Below are positions 11,403 to 23,264 of a stretch of 64,000 nucleotides of DNA, piece by piece. The stretch covers positions 65,591-129,590 of the forward strand of contig NIVC01001076.1 in assembly GCA_002269645.1 (NCBI GenBank), in the 5' to 3' direction. The notes beneath the pieces are model-generated. The model had not been told where the DNA came from and searched no databases. It saw only the letters and a list, made by a program, of their open reading frames with translations. Position 1 is the stretch's first letter; the number at the start of each line of letters is the position of its first letter. A program made the translations under genes and the position numbers. This DNA is from Macrostomum lignano. Taxonomy: Eukaryota.

Positions 11403-14400
11403 AAATGCGTTTCACACCTGCCAAGGACTGTCTGTAGTAAATCCTCACAGGGTGTTGTGCCAACCCGTGAAGTTCTACGGCGTATAAAGAGCATCATACC
11501 TTGGCCATGGAGAAAATAATGACCTTGGCTAACTACAACACTACTGTTTAATAGGCAATTCTGTCCGCCTTCGTCCGTCACGATTGCCCGATTATGTTGT
11601 CTAGGGTTTTATTTACAGGCCAGCTAGCTAAAATACAAACATTAATTGCAAGTTTGGATATATTGGACATGGTTTGGATGTTCAATATTTCAGGTTTGCT
11701 TGTCTAATTTATGTGTCAAGTTTCTAAATCAGAAATTCGAGTGTTGTCTATGGCCCCAGGCTATATAAAATTCCAACTTTGGATGCACAATATACGAGTA
11801 TTTAAGCATGACAGAAGCTCGATCTTTAATTAAGAAGCCCAAATTTCTTTGCTTACAATAATTAATTAGTATGTCTCATAGTTGTTATATTCCAGCTATA
11901 TATGATCTTCATGGTATAGCTTAATCTTTAGAATCTGCAAAATTAGTCTTGTTTGAAAAAGCAAATTACTTAAAAATCGAACTACAATTCTACACAGAGA
12001 GTTGCCTATCTCATATATTTTTGTTGTCGAATTCGTGAATGATTCGAAACCTTAAAAATATAATTAATTATAATTATATTATAACAGGCTCTGTCGTGAA
12101 AAGGCCATTTATATTTTCCTTTGCTCCAACCCAAACGATGAGCATCAAGTTTTTTAAATTTATTGCTAGCTAAACGGTTATCGGCAAACGGACCGCGATG
12201 CATCTGCATGGCTGTATAGCTGGAACTTTAAAACTACAGACAGAAGGTTCATGCAGTCTGTTTTCTGAGCAGAGATTTTCAATAAGTTTTGAAACTCATA
12301 TACATGGCTCTGTATTATTATACATGTACATGTACATGTCAGGACTCAACTCGGCTAGTCTCCCTAGATCCCCACATGTACATCATGTCGTATATAGGGC
12401 AATAATTAATACATTGCACATGTTTACCGTTACTAGGTAATGCAAAGTTTTCTATATATGAAGTTTAAGAATTTCAATTATTGCTGTTTTTGTGAGCAAA
12501 ACTAAACAGCTTGCTGCTGTGTACACACAATTTACATATACAGTAATATAATCTGCGATTGAGGAGCTAGGTTTGATAGATAATTTTTGCGAGTATATGT
12601 ATTGGTCTTCAACCCTCCTGTAGGAGTCTATTGGATCATAACCAATATATAGCTGCTTATTGATCAGCTTGATTAACTAGCTAATACGAGTAGTACAATC
12701 TGCGTGCAGCTGGGTAAGGACAATACATGTGGGAAGTCGTCTGTTTGTAAAAATTAAAAAATGTAAAAATAAAAAGTTTCGCAAAGTGCACTGCCTTCGA
12801 TTACATATATCCTTATATCCTAGTAGCTTTAACTGATACCAGCTGCTAAAGCGTTTTAAGAGTGCTCAGGGACCAGTTTAGCCACTGCCATGCCACTAGC
12901 CATCAGAGGCTCGAGAACAGGATATATATTACGGGCATTGAAGAAAGTAAGATTAACAAAATAATAGCTTAGAAGGGTTACTTCGCTTGTTTCAGAGATA
13001 CTGCTTACTTCAGTTTTCTAAAATAAAAGTTTTCAAAATAGAAAATGACTATTTATTACTGCATATTTTGTTGACCGTGTATGTTTTTTTAGTTTGACAT
13101 CCTTTTTTCCTTCCTCGCGATCGCTTTTTTAACTCTCTAAATTTATGCTTTCTTAATAAAATTTTGTGAAGTTGTGAATCAGACTGCAGGAAAACTCAAG
13201 CTAATATTTATCGAAGAAAACTAACTAGGCCTAGTTCCTGCTTCTGATTAAAGTCCATTAATTCTTCCCGAGAAAAACTGGTTTTTGGCTTCAAGTGAAA
13301 CCGCTGTAGTAGCTAAGCTAACAACAGTAGCTAAATTGCAATTCTGATTTAAAACTGTTGAAGCTGACTAAAATGGCATATTTAAGTATTTGGGTTAGAT
13401 TTAGTTTTCTTAGCATCAGTCTAATGCTTCTTTCTACTGATCATGGTAAGTTTGTGTCTTATTTATTATTACCATAGATCTTTTTAACTGTTTGCTTTGT
13501 ACTATGAGTGATAGGTATACATATAGGCCTGGTAGATATACTTTGATTGAAAAAATATTGTATTTAATATAAAAAATATTTAAAAAGCACATATGATATG
13601 TTGTACCTGTTACCATTTCTGCTCCTCTCTAATATGTTTTTTACATAGTAGTGTTCCACTATAAGGCGGGTCTATATACCATAACCATAGCCATAGCCTG
13701 TAGCTATAAGCAAAGTACAGCTTATTCCAATTCTCCATATTCCGTAGCCATAGGGACCCCAATATTACCATATTCCTGTAGTTCCTGTAGCTATAGCCAT
13801 AGTTTTAACAAAAAGTAAAAAACAAAATATTTTGAATCAAGAAGATAACCTAGTGCTTAAACAACTGCAAATTAAATTAGAAAATAAAAGAAACACTTAA
13901 TTGTCTTTGTAAGATTATATCTTGTCTTTTTTTAGAGCAACAATACTTAATCATTATTAAAAGTACTAACACTAAACTTTTTCACATTAATAAAAATTAG
14001 AGTTTGCTAGTGTTTTATTGTACTTTTTAAGGTATATTTTATAAGTTTCTAGGTTGATAATACAGTTTACTAAAAGTATCTTTGTTTTACTCTACCTGTT
14101 TCTAATATTTTTTCAATTTTTAACATTTATTAATAACTATGGCTATGGGAATCTATGGAATGTGACAGCAACTACCATATTTCCCTAGTCATATCCATAG
14201 TTGTTGTAGGCACCTATTTTACCATATTTGCCATAGGATCCTGTAAGCCATAGCTATGGCTATGGCGGAATACTACATATAAATATTACAAAGCAATTTC
14301 TTAGGCCCTAATAATAGTTTATGGAATAAAAATATTTTTACATTTTTCTAGGCATTCTGATCATTACTGATGGATAGCAAGCCTACAATGGCCTGAAAAA

Positions 14401-15857
14401 CCACACAATCATCAATCAGATGATCCTTCAGTTTCCACTTTAAATTATTTAAACTCTTTTTTGAACTTTTTAGAGTCTAACAAGCTCATAGAGTTCTCGC
14501 AAGAGTTCACAGAGTTCTACATAGGGTAGTAGTGTGTTATCCAGTAGAGGATATTGCCAAAGTGCTGATAGGGGAAAGTTTGGCGCCACATGAACTCCTG
14601 CAGGTATGTTTCAAACAAATTGTCACTAGTTCCATGCATAGCTTGAAACTTGGCTTTGCAGTTGCCCCATATTCCCTCTATAGTATTAGTGTAAGCCGCT
14701 GAGTTGTTGGGGACTTCAGCTGCAGGAACAATAAATTATGGCACTGAAGGCTGGCTAGCCATACTGGCAGTAGCTGAAAAGTTAAAAAATGGGTTTAAAA
14801 AATTAGAGTGGGAAACTGAAGGATAATGGTGCCAAAATCTATACCAAAACCATTTATAGAATATAAGGGTCTTGGGCCAAGTCAAGGCCAAATTCAAGGC
14901 TATGCCAAGTGCTATTTTCCAGGGAAAGACTAAGGAGGTCTGCAACTTTATATATTGGCTGCAATATTACTACTGAATACTGACTATAAAAATAACTTAT
15001 CTAACACTTACCAACCTTTTCAGGCCTAGGCCTATATTTGAAAAGTTAAATAAAAATATAAAATAATTTAATGCCACAAAGTAAGAGATGGTTATCATGT
15101 CTAATTGTCTATGTTAAGACAAACTTAAGTATGTTTACCATTTCATGCTTTAAGACTAATGCTAGAGAAAAAATTATAATTTTCAATCATTTATGGCAGA
15201 TTTTTTACTAGGTTTATACTATATACCTGGCATAATAAATAGGGAGAGATGGTAGTCATCTATGAATATAGCATAAAAACTTAGCAATGATCATGTAAAT
15301 TTAGATATAGAAGTTGTTTATTAAAAAAATTAAATGCTTTTATTTTTATATGAAATTAAAATGAATAAGTATAAAATAAAAAATATAAAAATTTAGAAGT
15401 TGTTGGATTGTGGCAAAATTTCTAGAATATATATTTTGTTTTACTTTTTAACATGATATCTATGTTATTTACATTTTGCTTTCAAATGAAACTTAGTTAT
15501 TCCAAAAATCATTTATAATTGTTTATTGTGCCAATTCATTTTAGTTCTTATACCAGGCATTTTTGACAAATTTTGCCTTGTTGTAACAGTGTATTGTTAA
15601 GTAGACACCTCCTTGGCAGATAGCAATTAAATTAAGCAATTGAAACTTTGTTAGATCAAATCAATATATATAGTGGGTTAGCTAGTCAGTTAATCAGTTA
15701 TATCAATTAGATTTATACAGTTAAATTAGGCTTTATTTACTTGACTGACTGGATCATGCTCAAGGGTGCTAGCAAAATAAAGCTGAGAACAGGGGCATGC
15801 TACTAGCAATGGCAGACAATGGGAAGAGGATTGTGCTAGATAGACAAAGTGGCAATC

Positions 15858-16698
15858 CTTCAGTTTATAATCACCGTCTATTTTGCCTGTTTTGTTTTAC
15901 AATCACCTTCTATTTTTCTAGTTTTGGTTTACGATCACCTTATATTTTGTTTATTGCAGTGCAAAAATAGATAGTGTGTTCAAAACTAAGACATAAAAAC
16001 CAACAGTAGTTTCAAATAAAAAGAAAGCAAAAGTTGGCTGATCAACTAACTTTGTTTATTTGAAATTTAAAAGATTTGTACATTGGTTCACTAGTACTAG
16101 CTTATATATATATATCACATTCAGTTTACAATCATTCAAAGCTGGCTGTAGGAAAGCATGTCAACCCTAGCTTAGTATAATTAATCTTCAGCGCCGCATC
16201 CTCTCTCACTTTCAGTTTATGATCACTTCTACATATGCATTCCATTGAAATGATCGTGAAACAAAGCTGGCTATAGGAAAACATGTTAACCCTTAGTACA
16301 CTTTCTTATGGCCAGCTTTGGTTCATGATCATTTTAATAGGCAACATACATTTGGGTGAAGTATAGTAAACCAAAGGTGAAATATATAGGCTACTGTAGC
16401 TCAAACTTGCAACTTGGTCTTGACAGTTGAAATTAGTTTGACAGGTTTTCCTACTGCTAGCTTCGGTTTGTGATCATTTTAATGGGCAACATAAGTTTGG
16501 GTGATCATAAACTGAAGGTGAAATATATGGTGCTACGACAATCTTACCATCTTTTAAAATAAACAAAGTCAGTTCGCCAACATTTGATTTTGTTTCATTG
16601 GAAACTATGGATTTTATGTCTTAAAACTGTTTTTTTTATGGTGATTGTCACTGTTTAAGGTGATTGTCACTGTTTGGGGTGATCATAAACCAAAGGAA
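15858..16698. repeat. Cluster of ~11 dispersed copies of a ~17-bp motif (C/T)TT(C/T)(A/G)GTTTA(T/C)GATCAC, forward on the left and reversed on the right; probably a decayed MITE
   Basis: e.g. cttcagtttataatcacc (15859), ttcagtttatgatcac (16211), ggtgatcataaactgaagg (16500), ggtgatcataaaccaaagg (16679). Confidence 0.55.
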
Positions 16699-16894
16699 TG
16701 CCAACAAAACATGCATAAGGGGCGAGGATAAGGAAAGACAAGCATGTGAGCTACAGTTTTAAAACCTTGCCAGGGAATCTACTTTTGGATAATAAAGTTC
16801 CACAATTGTTGTTACATTGATTACAATTATTTCAGTATGGAAAGGAAATAATACTTAATCTTAAAGAAAAATCTGTTTCTTTTTTCTTTTTTAG

Positions 16895-19119
16895 TGTTAT
16901 CACGGCCAGTTCCAAGTCATGATAGTTTTGAAAGGACATCAGAAACGATGAAGACAAGTGGTGCTTTGCAAAGGACACTTGATGACTCAGCTATCAATTT
17001 TGATGCACAGAAAAAGCTCAGTCCAATCAAAAAAGGCAAACTTTCAAAGGTTGATGGAACAGAGTCTAATAAGAAGGTTGAAAATATTGGAATGTATGTG
17101 CATGATGGAACACAATCTGACAGGAAGGCTGCCAACTCTGATGGAATAGACACTAGCAAGAAGACTATAGACACTGGAAAGTTTAATGGAGTGGAGACTG
17201 GCACAAAGTCTATGGACTCATCAAAGTCTGATAGAACAAAATCTAGCAGGAAGGCGACTGACACGGGAAAATCTGATGAAACAGAATCTGGCAAGAAGAC
17301 GGCTGAGACAGGAAAGTCTGATGGAACAGAGCCTGGCAAAAAGACAACAGACACTGAAAGTAAAAAATCTGATGGGACAGAATCTGGCAGGAAGGCTCCC
17401 AAGTCTGATGAAACGCAGCCTGGCAAGAAGGCTTCGGACACATTAAAGACTGATAGAACAGAGCTTGAAAAGATGACTGACACTGGAAAGTCTGATGGAA
17501 CAGAGTCTGGCAAGAAGTCGGCTGACACCGGGAAATCTGATGGAACAGAGTCTGACAAGAAGACGGTTTACACTGGGAAATCTGATGGAACAGAGTCTGG
17601 CAAGATGGCTGACACTGGAAAGTCTGATGGAACAGAGTCTGGCAAGAAGACGGCTGACACCGGGAAATCTGCTAGAACAGAGTCTGACAAGAAGATGGCT
17701 GACACTCGAAAATCTGATGGAACAGAGTCTGGCAAGAAGTCGGCTGACACTCGAAAATCTGATGGAACAGAGTCTGACAAGAAGACGGTTTACACTGGGA
17801 AATCTGATGGAACAGAGTCTGGCAAGAAGATGGCTGACACTGGAAAGTCTGATGGAACAGAGTCTGACAAGAAGACGGTTTACACTGGGAAATCTGGTGG
17901 AACAGAGTCTGTCAAGAAGATGGCTGAAACTGGTAAGTCTGATGGAACAGAGTCTGGCAAGAAGATGGCTGACACTGGAAAGTCTGATGGAACAGAGTCT
18001 GGCAAGAAGACGGCTGACACTCGAAAATCTGATGGAACAGAGTCTGACAAGAAGACGGTTTACACTGGGAAATCTGATGGAACAGAGTCTGGCAAGATGG
18101 CTGACACTGGAAAGTCTGATGGAACAGAGTCTGGCAAGAAGACGGCTGACACCGGGAAATCTGCTAGAACAGAGTCTGACAAGAAGACGGCTGACACTCG
18201 AAAATCTGATGGAACAGAGTCTGGCAAGAAGTCGGCTGACACCGGGAAATCTGCTGGAACAGAGTCTGGCGAGAAGACGGCTGACACTGGAAAGTCTGAT
18301 GGAACAGAGTCTGTCAAGAAGACGGCTGACACTGGAAAGTCTGATGGAACAGAGTCTGGCAAGAAGACGGCTGACACTCGAAAATCTGATGGAACAGAGT
18401 CTGACAAGAAGACGGTTTACACTGGGAAATCTGATGGAACAGAGTCTGGCAAGAAGATGGCTGACACTGGAAAGTCTGATGGAACAGAGTCTGACAAGAA
18501 GACGGTTTACACTGGGAAATCTGGTGGAACAGAGTCTGTCAAGAAGATGGCTGAAACTGGTAAGTCTGATGGAACAGAGTCTGGCAAGAAGATGGCTGAC
18601 ACTGGAAAGTCTGATGGAACAGAGTCTGGCAAGAAGACGGCTGACACTCGAAAATCTGATGGAATAGAGTCTGGCAAGAAGATGGCTGACACTCGAAAGT
18701 CTGATGGAACAGAGTCTGGCAAGAAGGCGGTTTACACTGGGAAATCTGATGGAACAGAGTCTGGCAAGAAGATGGCTGACACTCGAAAATCTGATGGAAC
18801 AGAGTCTGGCAAGAAGATGGCTGACACTCGAAAATCTGATGGAACAGAGTCTGGCAAGAAGACGGCTTACACTGGGAAATCTGATGGAACAAAATCTGGC
18901 AAGAAGGCTTTTGACACTGTAGTATCTGATAACGCCAAATATGGTAGTTATGATTTTCATCAAAGTGTTGGGCCCATTCCTGATTGGCGTAAGATAGGCA
19001 AATCCTACAAAGGTGACAAGCCCACAGATGCTGCTGGATCAAATAAAATAATCTTTATCTTCATTGTTACTGTTTTTGTTTTTGGCGGATTATATGTTAT
19101 CTACCACAAAAAGCAGAAG
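16895..19119 (+). CDS. tgn38: Penultimate giant exon of a TGN38/TGN46 (TGOLN2)/KCT2-family type I membrane protein: luminal 15-aa tandem repeat plus TM domain
   Basis: Strong acceptor ctgtttcttttttcttttttag| (phase 1). About 36 copies of DTGKSDGTESGKK(T/M)A (45 bp). TM IIFIFIVTVFVFGGLYVIY followed by HKKQK, then donor AAG|GTAATT at 19120. Upstream exons with the signal peptide were not resolved; a candidate phase-1 exon ends near 12946 (GAAGAAA|GTAAGA). Confidence 0.88.
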
Positions 19120-19250
19120 GTAATTCACATCTTTATAATAATCTGCAATTTTAGTATATTTGGATTATACAATGCTACTGTTAGTAGAGTAGCCTGACAG
19201 TTTGAGTATTTGCAGTCAAAACTTAAATTTTAAAACCAAACCGCCCTTAG

Positions 19251-19424
19251 ATCATTGCCTACATCGTTGAGGGTCGTCGGGTCGGCGGCCCTCGCAGTCG
19301 CTCGGGCAGTCGTCGTACATCCGCCAGCAGCACAGGGAGCGGTTACAAGCAGGTGCCAACTGACGAGCAAGTTCTGCTACCAGATACTAAGAAACCGGAA
19401 TCTGTGCAGAATTTTATCTATTGA
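19251..19424 (+). CDS. tgn38: Terminal exon of the TGN38/KCT2-like gene (cytoplasmic tail)
   Basis: Acceptor ccgcccttag|, phase 0. Encodes IIAYIVEGRRVGGPRSRSGSRRTSASSTGSGYKQVPTDEQVLLPDTKKPESVQNFIY*. The spliced junction YHKKQK|IIAYIVEGRR matches the TGN46 juxtamembrane HHNKRKIIAFVLEGKR as I recall it. YKQV is a YxxPhi motif equivalent to YQRL. Confidence 0.9.
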   Translation: MIAYIVEGRRVGGPRSRSGSRRTSASSTGSGYKQVPTDEQVLLPDTKKPESVQNFIY

Positions 19425-19429
19425 ATAAA
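19424..19429 (+). promoter_or_regulatory. AATAAA polyadenylation signal overlapping the stop codon
   Basis: TAT TGA ATAAAG: the last base of TGA begins AATAAA; further A-rich AATAA motifs at 19445-19465. Confidence 0.45.
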
Positions 19430-20917
19430 GACTAACGTGACGTTGAATAAGAAACTAATAAATAATAGCTAGAAAGTGAGGTAACGATATGGCTATTGTG
19501 CTGTGTCCTGTGTTGCGACATCAGCTATAAACATTAAGTCAAACTGATTTGTTCAATACAAAAATCCTCTGTGTTGCCAATTCGATTTGCATGGTATGCT
19601 TCTCTCTGCTGAGCTCATGCCCGTATCTTGCACTGTTTGTATTTATTTTTCGATACAGAAAGCTTCATAAGCAGTTTTTTATTCTCTGGAGTAACTTCGC
19701 TCAAAATTATTCAGTTTATGTTGCAAACGGAAATTTTTACTTTGCCTTCTTATCACATCTCAATAGCTAGCTTAAGGGCACTGTGCACGAACTTCTGAGT
19801 ACTCCTGTTCGCTCTGGGTTAGTACACAAGGCTTTTATCTATCTATTAAAAAAAATTGGTTTCATTCAATATTGCGAAAAAAACAAGTTTTCATTCGATT
19901 CTGATTTTTCGTTCGATACTCTGCCTTTTGTTCAACAGTTTGCATGCCGACTGCAGCTGAGTTTTCTTTTTCAGACATTCATTCTACACTATTTTTGTTG
20001 CTGTTCCTTGCTATTTTATGTAGACCTGCTGATTTATCGACTAGCTTGTTATGATAATAAAAACCATCTTTATGTACTTTTTCTACTTTCGCAAAATATG
20101 ATTTACATGTAACATGTTGTTAAGGAGTCAAGGACGCAAAAATCGTATATATATTCCTAATCCTAATGATTGCTCTTATTCGAGTTATATGTGCTAAATT
20201 TTTGCAGAGAGGCTTGTGCGTGCTTCTGTACGTATGGCAGCGTTCTACCTATGGATTTGAACAATTATAACGCATCCTTGAGCAGCCCGCTGGTCAGTAC
20301 ATTAAATAAGTAAACAATACTTATCTTTCTCTTTATTTTTCTTGCCCTACGGTCAACGGGTCCTTTTTGTCGATTTAAAACCAACGGGTTTTGGGTACAG
20401 TACTAAAATGTCCTTTTTATACTTCCATAAAATGAGTGCGTTCTTATGTACACTAGCTTAATTTATTGAACAAATGAATGGTCAAAAAACTTTTTGCTGT
20501 TGTCGATTTTGGAGCAGCGTATATCGACCTCAAGTTTCTCTGTAACTCTCACTAGTAGCTGGCTAAATTATATATATATATATATATATATATAGGGTGT
20601 GGGGAGTGTGTCGCGCGTGAGAATCTCTTCCCTATTCATTGCCGTGGATTCGCAGAATGATTTTGGTGAACGCATAGGACGGTTCTACCTGCTGTAATTG
20701 TACGCATTCATGCATTAAGCCAAGTGCGGTGATGATGGGTAAGGATGGGGTTGAGAGTAAAGATGGAAATCCTGACGAATAAACACTAGAGGTGATGCGA
20801 TTTGGAATTCAGTAACCGTAGAAGCAATAGCAATTTTTCTGCCCAGAGACTCATAGTTTTTCTTATTTGCTTGATTTCATCAATACACCCCAATTTCGCC
20901 AATATAATTGGCTAAAA

Positions 20918-22126
20918 ATGCTCCGAGTTCACCCGCTCCGTGTGTACGCACACTGTCGTCGACTATGGTGGCACAGGCTAGCTGCTCGGCAGCTTCTGGC
21001 GTCCTTTACAGTCAGCTGCTTGCTCACCCTGATGATGCTCCGGCAAGCGCAGACCTGGCTGCAAATTGGCTCTGGCGACAGCTCATTAAAGATAAAAGCA
21101 TCGCAGGTGTCGAATTCTTTATCCAGCGCTGCGCTGTCAGAGCCAACCTTCTCAGATATGCTGGCTGAGGTCAAGCTGTCTGTAGAACAATCGCTGTACA
21201 AATTTGACAGACCTGGTCAGCTGCTACCGCTGATGAAGCTTAAAACTGAGTCTGAGAGGCAGCCCAAATGGCGCTCGCGTGTCGCTCGTGATTGGCTAGC
21301 CAGCCAACGTCTGCTGGTGGCAGCCACTATTCGAGACGGCGTTCAAGGCCTACCGTCAAGTCTGGGCAATCTGCGCCGTCTTCGACGACTATTCAACGAC
21401 TCTAGGCTTTTGGTTGTCGAGAATGACTCGGTCGACGGAACCCGCGCCTTTCTTGTCGGAGAGGCGCAGCGCGACCTTGGCCTTCGGCTTCTGGGCTGCT
21501 CTAGCGAGGCCAGTCAGCCCTGCCGGCTCGATATTCGCTACTCCAGCGGCCGGGCTCACCTGCCTGGTTCGGCCAGCATGAATCGGAGCGTAGCTGAGGA
21601 GATCGACCGCGGCCTGGTCATGTCCGCGCTCAGGAATATCTACCTGGAGTACGCGTACAGGCACTTTGCTGGCTGGGCTGACTTGCTGCTTGTGATTGAC
21701 CCGGATGTCACCTGGACTCGCTGGAGTCTCGACCGGCTAGTCCAGGGTCTTTACTATTTCAAGACTCGGCCGCTGCTGCAACAGTTGTGCGCCAACACCA
21801 TCGAAGTTCCCGAACATCGCCTATTCGACCCTTGCACTTTGACTTTCTTTCTCAACAAGCATTTCGGCGAGGATAGCCGCTATCCAGCTGTTGACTATTA
21901 CGCGTCGATAATGCGTGGACCGGCTGACCTGCCACCAGTGAAAGTTGACAGCTGCTTTCAGGCCTTTGCATTTTATCGTTTCCGCGACCTGGCCAACAAT
22001 CGGCTTCTGTACAGGCGCAGCTCTGGCGAGTGGATGTGTGAGCACAACACACTGTCCAGGCAGTTGCGGGAAGTCTACTTGGACCCGCACATGCAGCTTG
22101 AAGTTTTATCTCACAGTATCAAATAG
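20918..22126 (+). CDS. Intronless type II membrane GT-A glycosyltransferase (GT2-like / CAP59-GT69-related ENDS...CEH type), ~402 aa
   Basis: First in-frame ATG at 20918; basic cytoplasmic tail; TM LLASFTVSCLLTLMML; catalytic motifs VAATIRD, LLVVENDSVDGT, SALRNIYL, LLVIDPD (DxD), VKVDSCFQAFAFY, CEH, VYLDP. Confidence 0.85.
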   Translation: MLRVHPLRVYAHCRRLWWHRLAARQLLASFTVSCLLTLMMLRQAQTWLQIGSGDSSLKIKASQVSNSLSSAALSEPTFSDMLAEVKLSVEQSLYKFDRPGQLLPLMKLKTESERQPKWRSRVARDWLASQRLLVAATIRDGVQGLPSSLGNLRRLRRLFNDSRLLVVENDSVDGTRAFLVGEAQRDLGLRLLGCSSEASQPCRLDIRYSSGRAHLPGSASMNRSVAEEIDRGLVMSALRNIYLEYAYRHFAGWADLLLVIDPDVTWTRWSLDRLVQGLYYFKTRPLLQQLCANTIEVPEHRLFDPCTLTFFLNKHFGEDSRYPAVDYYASIMRGPADLPPVKVDSCFQAFAFYRFRDLANNRLLYRRSSGEWMCEHNTLSRQLREVYLDPHMQLEVLSHSIK

Positions 22127-23173
22127 GGCGATTGACGCCAAAGCTCTGAAAGTTCCCATACTGATTTTATCTGTTGCAAATAGCTGAATTTAACTTTAAC
22201 CATACCTTTTTACTTCCTATTTGGTTCTTACTGCGTCCCAATTTGTTGCGTTACAATGAGTCCAGCAGAAGTAATAATCACTAAAGACTAAAACGGAAAT
22301 CACCAGGCAATTTGGTTTTTTCGCTATCAATTTGATTTATTTCACGAACATCAAACTCTAAGCCACCAGTCACACATGCATTCACTGTCCTCTGTCCGCC
22401 AGAATGATTTTCTAAGAAATCGATTTCTGCTGTTTATGGCTTTCTATAACATGAGCTATTAGTTGTTATATTTGTTTTGTCTTTGTAAAATCTCTACCAC
22501 GCTTCCACGTCACTGTTGATGACCACGCACCAATTTAAATAAAGAAATAACCAAATTTGGCCGCAAAAAGGTGTATATTTTCACAAGCTTCCACTATAAT
22601 CGACTCTTTCGTGATTCAGTTTGATTCTGTTTCCGGAGGTCGCGTACTTCCTGTTAGATCATTTTCTGGTAGCTCTAGAATTTTAGTCTGTTGTCTGACA
22701 CTTGGCCTTTGGTGGCAGTTCATTCACCTCGGCGGTCTGGTCCCGACATTTGCGAATATTTGCGGCGTCATTGCAAATCAAAACGGTGTTGCTATTGTTT
22801 TTCTGAAATAATTGATACATGTACATTGAGCTAGACGATTCAGTATTTCAGTTCAGTAGAGGGATGCTGAACGAAACCCGTCAGAGAAACCTTCATACTT
22901 TTATTGCAATTTCATCTGACTAAACTGGTTCTGCTGTGACGCACGACACTTCTCATTCTTTTGCAGACTCGTCATTACTGCACTGAGTAGCTGTGCTCAG
23001 CTGACTCTAATCCTAGTTAATTGTTACCTGCATGCTGAAACTGAAGCACGAAGAAACCCTCGCATGATTGATCAAAGTGCGAGCCTGCATAGATAGTGAT
23101 TAATACGCTCGTAGTAGCTTATATAAAACTAATGCGCGCCTGTAGTTCCACACTGCAGCTAATGATGAAGCTT

Positions 23174-23264
23174 TAAGATTCGTTCACATCGCCATCGTGT
23201 GATCACACGACTTTTACATCAAATTTCATTCCTTTGATTTGATGGCAGTGTGAATCGGCCTTTA
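23174..23264. mobile_element. Possible tiny degenerate Harbinger-like MITE with an internal perfect palindrome
   Basis: TAA...TTA flanks; arms GATTCGTTCACATCGCCATC vs rc GGCCGATTCACACTGCCATC (13/20 match); internal TCGTGTGATCACACGA. Confidence 0.3.

Noticed and set aside
13670-14275. CCATAG/CTATGG motif clusters in roughly inverted arrangement
   Set aside because: Too degenerate to define TIRs or a TSD; possibly an old MITE.
16917-19042. Long antisense and alternative-frame ORFs (506, 390, 213 aa etc.)
   Set aside because: By-products of the 45-bp coding repeat of the TGN38-like exon.
19120-19197. C-terminal extension of the 767-aa track ORF (VIHIFIIICNFS...)
   Set aside because: This is read-through into intron 19120-19250; the spliced tail matches the family.
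22700-22812. Possible minus-strand terminal exon (KNNSNTVLICND...)
   Set aside because: Short, with no homology and no linked upstream exon.
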